Positions 61,125 to 64,000 of a stretch of DNA of 64,000 nucleotides are shown piece by piece. The stretch covers positions 43,129-107,128 of the IMG/VR virus record IMGVR_UViG_3300044959_000303, one strand, 5' to 3'. A program made the position numbers and the translations under genes. The notes under the pieces were generated by a model, which was not told the origin of the DNA, did no database searches, and saw only the letters and a program-made list of their open reading frames with translations. This DNA comes from a virus. Positions within the stretch are counted from its first letter, which is position 1, and every line of letters starts with the position of its first letter.

Positions 61125-61718
61125 TCAACTTTTTCTGTATCGAAGAGTTCCGACAATGGCCTGATGAATGATCTCTTCTGCCTTGATTTTCATCTTTTTT
61201 CTCTCGTATTCGTCCAATCCTTCCTTACGAATCTTCTCCAGAGCAATTTGGACAATTTCCTCCATCTTTCTGTCTTTGTAAGAAGGCATGAAACCGAGAC
61301 TCATAGCTCTTTTGGCAGCCAGGTCTTCGATCAGATTTTCTGCAAGCAGATTCGCAAGTTCTTCCACTTTCTCTTCGTAATTGAAGCAAGGTGGAAATCT
61401 GCGAACGTTTGTGGCATAAATTTTGAAAAGCCTGCCTTCGTAAATTTTTTTCCATCTTTTCATATTGGCATCTGCCAATACGATTTCACCGACATGAAAG
61501 TTACCACAATTTCGATCCGGAACAACAATGTCGGAAACAATTCTGCTTCCGACTGTTTTCTGATTGACTGGTCCGGAGTAGAAAGCCAGTTTGTTTCTGT
61601 TATTCTTGCCCTCTGTAATTCGGGCAATCTCCCATTCTTCGGAAACAGGAACAAATTGCTTGATATTCTCGATCCATGCCGGAAGGCTGACAGTCTTGCC
61701 TTCCACCGTGATCTGCAT
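61125..61718 (-). CDS. Hypothetical protein
   Basis: RBS GAGGG; natural composition; followed by terminator. Confidence 0.7.
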   Translation of the reverse strand: MQITVEGKTVSLPAWIENIKQFVPVSEEWEIARITEGKNNRNKLAFYSGPVNQKTVGSRIVSDIVVPDRNCGNFHVGEIVLADANMKRWKKIYEGRLFKIYATNVRRFPPCFNYEEKVEELANLLAENLIEDLAAKRAMSLGFMPSYKDRKMEEIVQIALEKIRKEGLDEYERKKMKIKAEEIIHQAIVGTLRYRKS

Positions 61719-62038
61719 GTTTTTTCCCTCTCGTTGTGTCCGACTTTTTCATACACCGTATGAAAAAAAAATTCAACAGGAAAAAATTTCGGAAACGAAT
61801 TTTTCGTCGATGATCGACAGACAATCGACGAAGAATTGAAAAAACTGTTTCTCGAAAAAAGACAGTCTTTCTGTTTCCAGTCGATTTCGAATCGATTCGA
61901 AACGGCATTGTCGAGCCGTTTTTCGATTTTCATTTTCCTGCTTTCTACTTCTTCGAACACAGGCAATTTTTTCGGAAAGGTCGAAAGAAAAATTTTTTTT
62001 TTTCGGAAAAAATTTTCTGTTTTCGAAAAAATTCCACG

Positions 62039-62088
62039 TTCGAAAAAATTCGAAAAGAACAGAATTTCTGTTCTTTTTCGAAGAAAAG
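62039..62088. repeat. About 50-bp palindromic element, copy 2; probable terminator of the propeller gene
   Basis: Near-identical to 60973..61023. Confidence 0.75.
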
Positions 62089-62099
62089 AGAAGTGAAAT

Positions 62100-63815
62100 T
62101 CATTTTTCGAGAAGATGGGAACTCAGAATTCTGCCATTCAGAATGAACAGTCTTTTTCCGTTGTTCTGAAGAAACATCGAGATTCCTTCGACCGGTTGCG
62201 TATGTCTCAGGGATGCAGTCGAAATTTTCCATGGAGACGAAAGTTCGTAACGGGAGTACATGTTTCTGTTCAGTACATGCATGGATTTTCCGGTTTTGTC
62301 GAAATACATTGCCTGTAATGGACCGGGATTGCAAATTGGAAAACTTTCCTTGCAAATTGCGGTCGAAGACGAAAGATTCCATGAAGAAGTCAGTTCGAAG
62401 GAAAATATTCTTTCGTTGTCCCTTCCGAGCAGATACATCATCGTTCCCCGGGAATTGAAAAATACTCCGCCCGGATTTCTGTCGTAAGAACTGGTGGAAA
62501 AATTCGAAGAATCAGGAATTGCGGTCGTAATGTCCCAAGGAATGCTCAGAGTATAGGAACATATACGATTTTCGTCTTTTCCGACAACGAACAGTTTTCT
62601 TCCATCGGAACGAAAGAAAATTCCCTGCAAATTGGTATTCATCGAACTTGCATCGAGAAATTCGAAATCATGACTTGCCGTGGCAATATTCCACGAAATG
62701 CGCAGACCGAACGAGAAGATCGTATTGCCGGAATTTTCGACAATGAACAGTTTTTTTCCATTCGAAGAGAAAAACATGCCTGTCGGATCGATTTTTTCGA
62801 CATTTCTACGAGAAACATCGAAGAATACATTGTCGTTTTTCGCGGTTGAAATCTCCCATGGAATTTCGAGTGTATAACGATACACCCGATTGTTGTCTCC
62901 ACTGACGAACATTTTCGTTCCGGTGGAATTGAAAAATATTCCTTTCGGAATATTCGGATTGTCGATTTCTCTCACATGTTCTTTCACGGGAGAAGAACCG
63001 AATTCGTATGCATTTTTCAACGAAAACGAGTGCACTTTTCTGTTCTTCCAGTTCAATACGTACATTTTCTTTCCATTCGGAGAAAAGAACAACGAATGTG
63101 GTTTCAGTTTCGTATTTCCATGAAAGAAAGTATCGTATTTTGCCGTGGAAATGTCCCACGGCACACTCAGCTCGTACGAAAATATTTTGTCGTAAGATCC
63201 GATCAGAAACATTTTCGTTCCTTCCGGATCGAAGAACAGACCTTTCAGAAAAATTCCCGTATCGTTGACATGCAGGAATTTTTCATCATGAATCGCGGAG
63301 GAAACATTCCACGAATTTTTCAATGTACAGGAATATACTCTGTTTTCGTATCGATCGAGTACGAACAGCTTCGTTCCATTCGAAGAAAAAAACATTTCGA
63401 CAATGAATTTTTTTCCGAAACGACTGACATCGAATTTTTCGTTATTGTAATTTGCTGTTGAAAGATTCCATGGACAGGTCAGATCATAGGAATATATCGT
63501 GTTGTCGTCTCCGAGTACGAACATTCGGGTTCCGTTCGAAGAGAAAAACAGTGTCTTCGGCCCTCTGACCTGATTTCCTACATGAAAACAGACATTCTCG
63601 TAACTTGCCGTAGTCAGATTCCATGGAGTGCTCATGGTGTACGAATAGATCCGTTTTTGCGACAAACCGAGCACGAACATTCTGTTTCCGTTCGAAGAAA
63701 AGAATATTGCTTCCGGATACGAATCCTGATCGGAAATCGAAATTTGCTCTTCTTCGACAATGGTTTCAACGTCGAAGAAACTGGTATTCTTTGTGTTTTC
63801 GGAAACTTTACGCAT
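62100..63815 (-). CDS. Multi-blade beta-propeller repeat protein
   Basis: About 11-12 repeats of FFSSNGTKMFV...YSY.L..PW[DN]ISTA; same repeat family as 38067..38468. Confidence 0.8.
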   Translation of the reverse strand: MRKVSENTKNTSFFDVETIVEEEQISISDQDSYPEAIFFSSNGNRMFVLGLSQKRIYSYTMSTPWNLTTASYENVCFHVGNQVRGPKTLFFSSNGTRMFVLGDDNTIYSYDLTCPWNLSTANYNNEKFDVSRFGKKFIVEMFFSSNGTKLFVLDRYENRVYSCTLKNSWNVSSAIHDEKFLHVNDTGIFLKGLFFDPEGTKMFLIGSYDKIFSYELSVPWDISTAKYDTFFHGNTKLKPHSLFFSPNGKKMYVLNWKNRKVHSFSLKNAYEFGSSPVKEHVREIDNPNIPKGIFFNSTGTKMFVSGDNNRVYRYTLEIPWEISTAKNDNVFFDVSRRNVEKIDPTGMFFSSNGKKLFIVENSGNTIFSFGLRISWNIATASHDFEFLDASSMNTNLQGIFFRSDGRKLFVVGKDENRICSYTLSIPWDITTAIPDSSNFSTSSYDRNPGGVFFNSRGTMMYLLGRDNERIFSFELTSSWNLSSSTAICKESFPICNPGPLQAMYFDKTGKSMHVLNRNMYSRYELSSPWKISTASLRHTQPVEGISMFLQNNGKRLFILNGRILSSHLLEK

Positions 63816-64000
63816 AAGTTCGACCTTTTTACTTTCGAATTCGATATATCAGGTTCGCGAAGTGAATGCAAATTTTTTTTTCTGTTTTCCGAAAAACGGT
63901 TTTCGGAAAACAGATTCGAAAAAACGTATCGTGTCGGGCATGAAATCATTTCAGGAAACGAACGGGAAATGAAAAAGAAACACGAAACGAATTCGAAAAT

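Overview
This window is part of a large lytic T4-superfamily (jumbo-type) myophage genome and reads in the standard genetic code. It carries the gp55/gp47/gp46 block, a Holliday junction resolvase, a gp26/gp51-like pair joined by a likely -1 frameshift, two tape-measure-like paralogs, and head genes (portal gp20, prohead core, protease gp21, scaffold gp22, capsid gp23). It also carries tail and neck genes (gp19, gp14, gp15, gp18, gp13), dNMP kinase, RNase H, two tRNAs, two HNH genes and four PD-(D/E)xK endonuclease-family genes. The most notable accessory content is: (1) a sigma70-driven cassette of secreted proteins resembling the Caulobacter holdfast anchor (hfaA-hfaB/csgG-hfaD), next to gmd and two secreted low-complexity paralogs, with a PAS-GGDEF-EAL c-di-GMP enzyme about 22 kb away; (2) four late-promoter paralogs with an ADP-ribosyltransferase-like R-S-E motif; (3) strong avoidance of YTAR words (TTAA/CTAG/TTAG/CTAA) with heavy TTCGAA enrichment, where a decayed duplicate shows TA-to-CA/CG changes. 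All calls come from motif recognition by eye; no database searches or counts were run.
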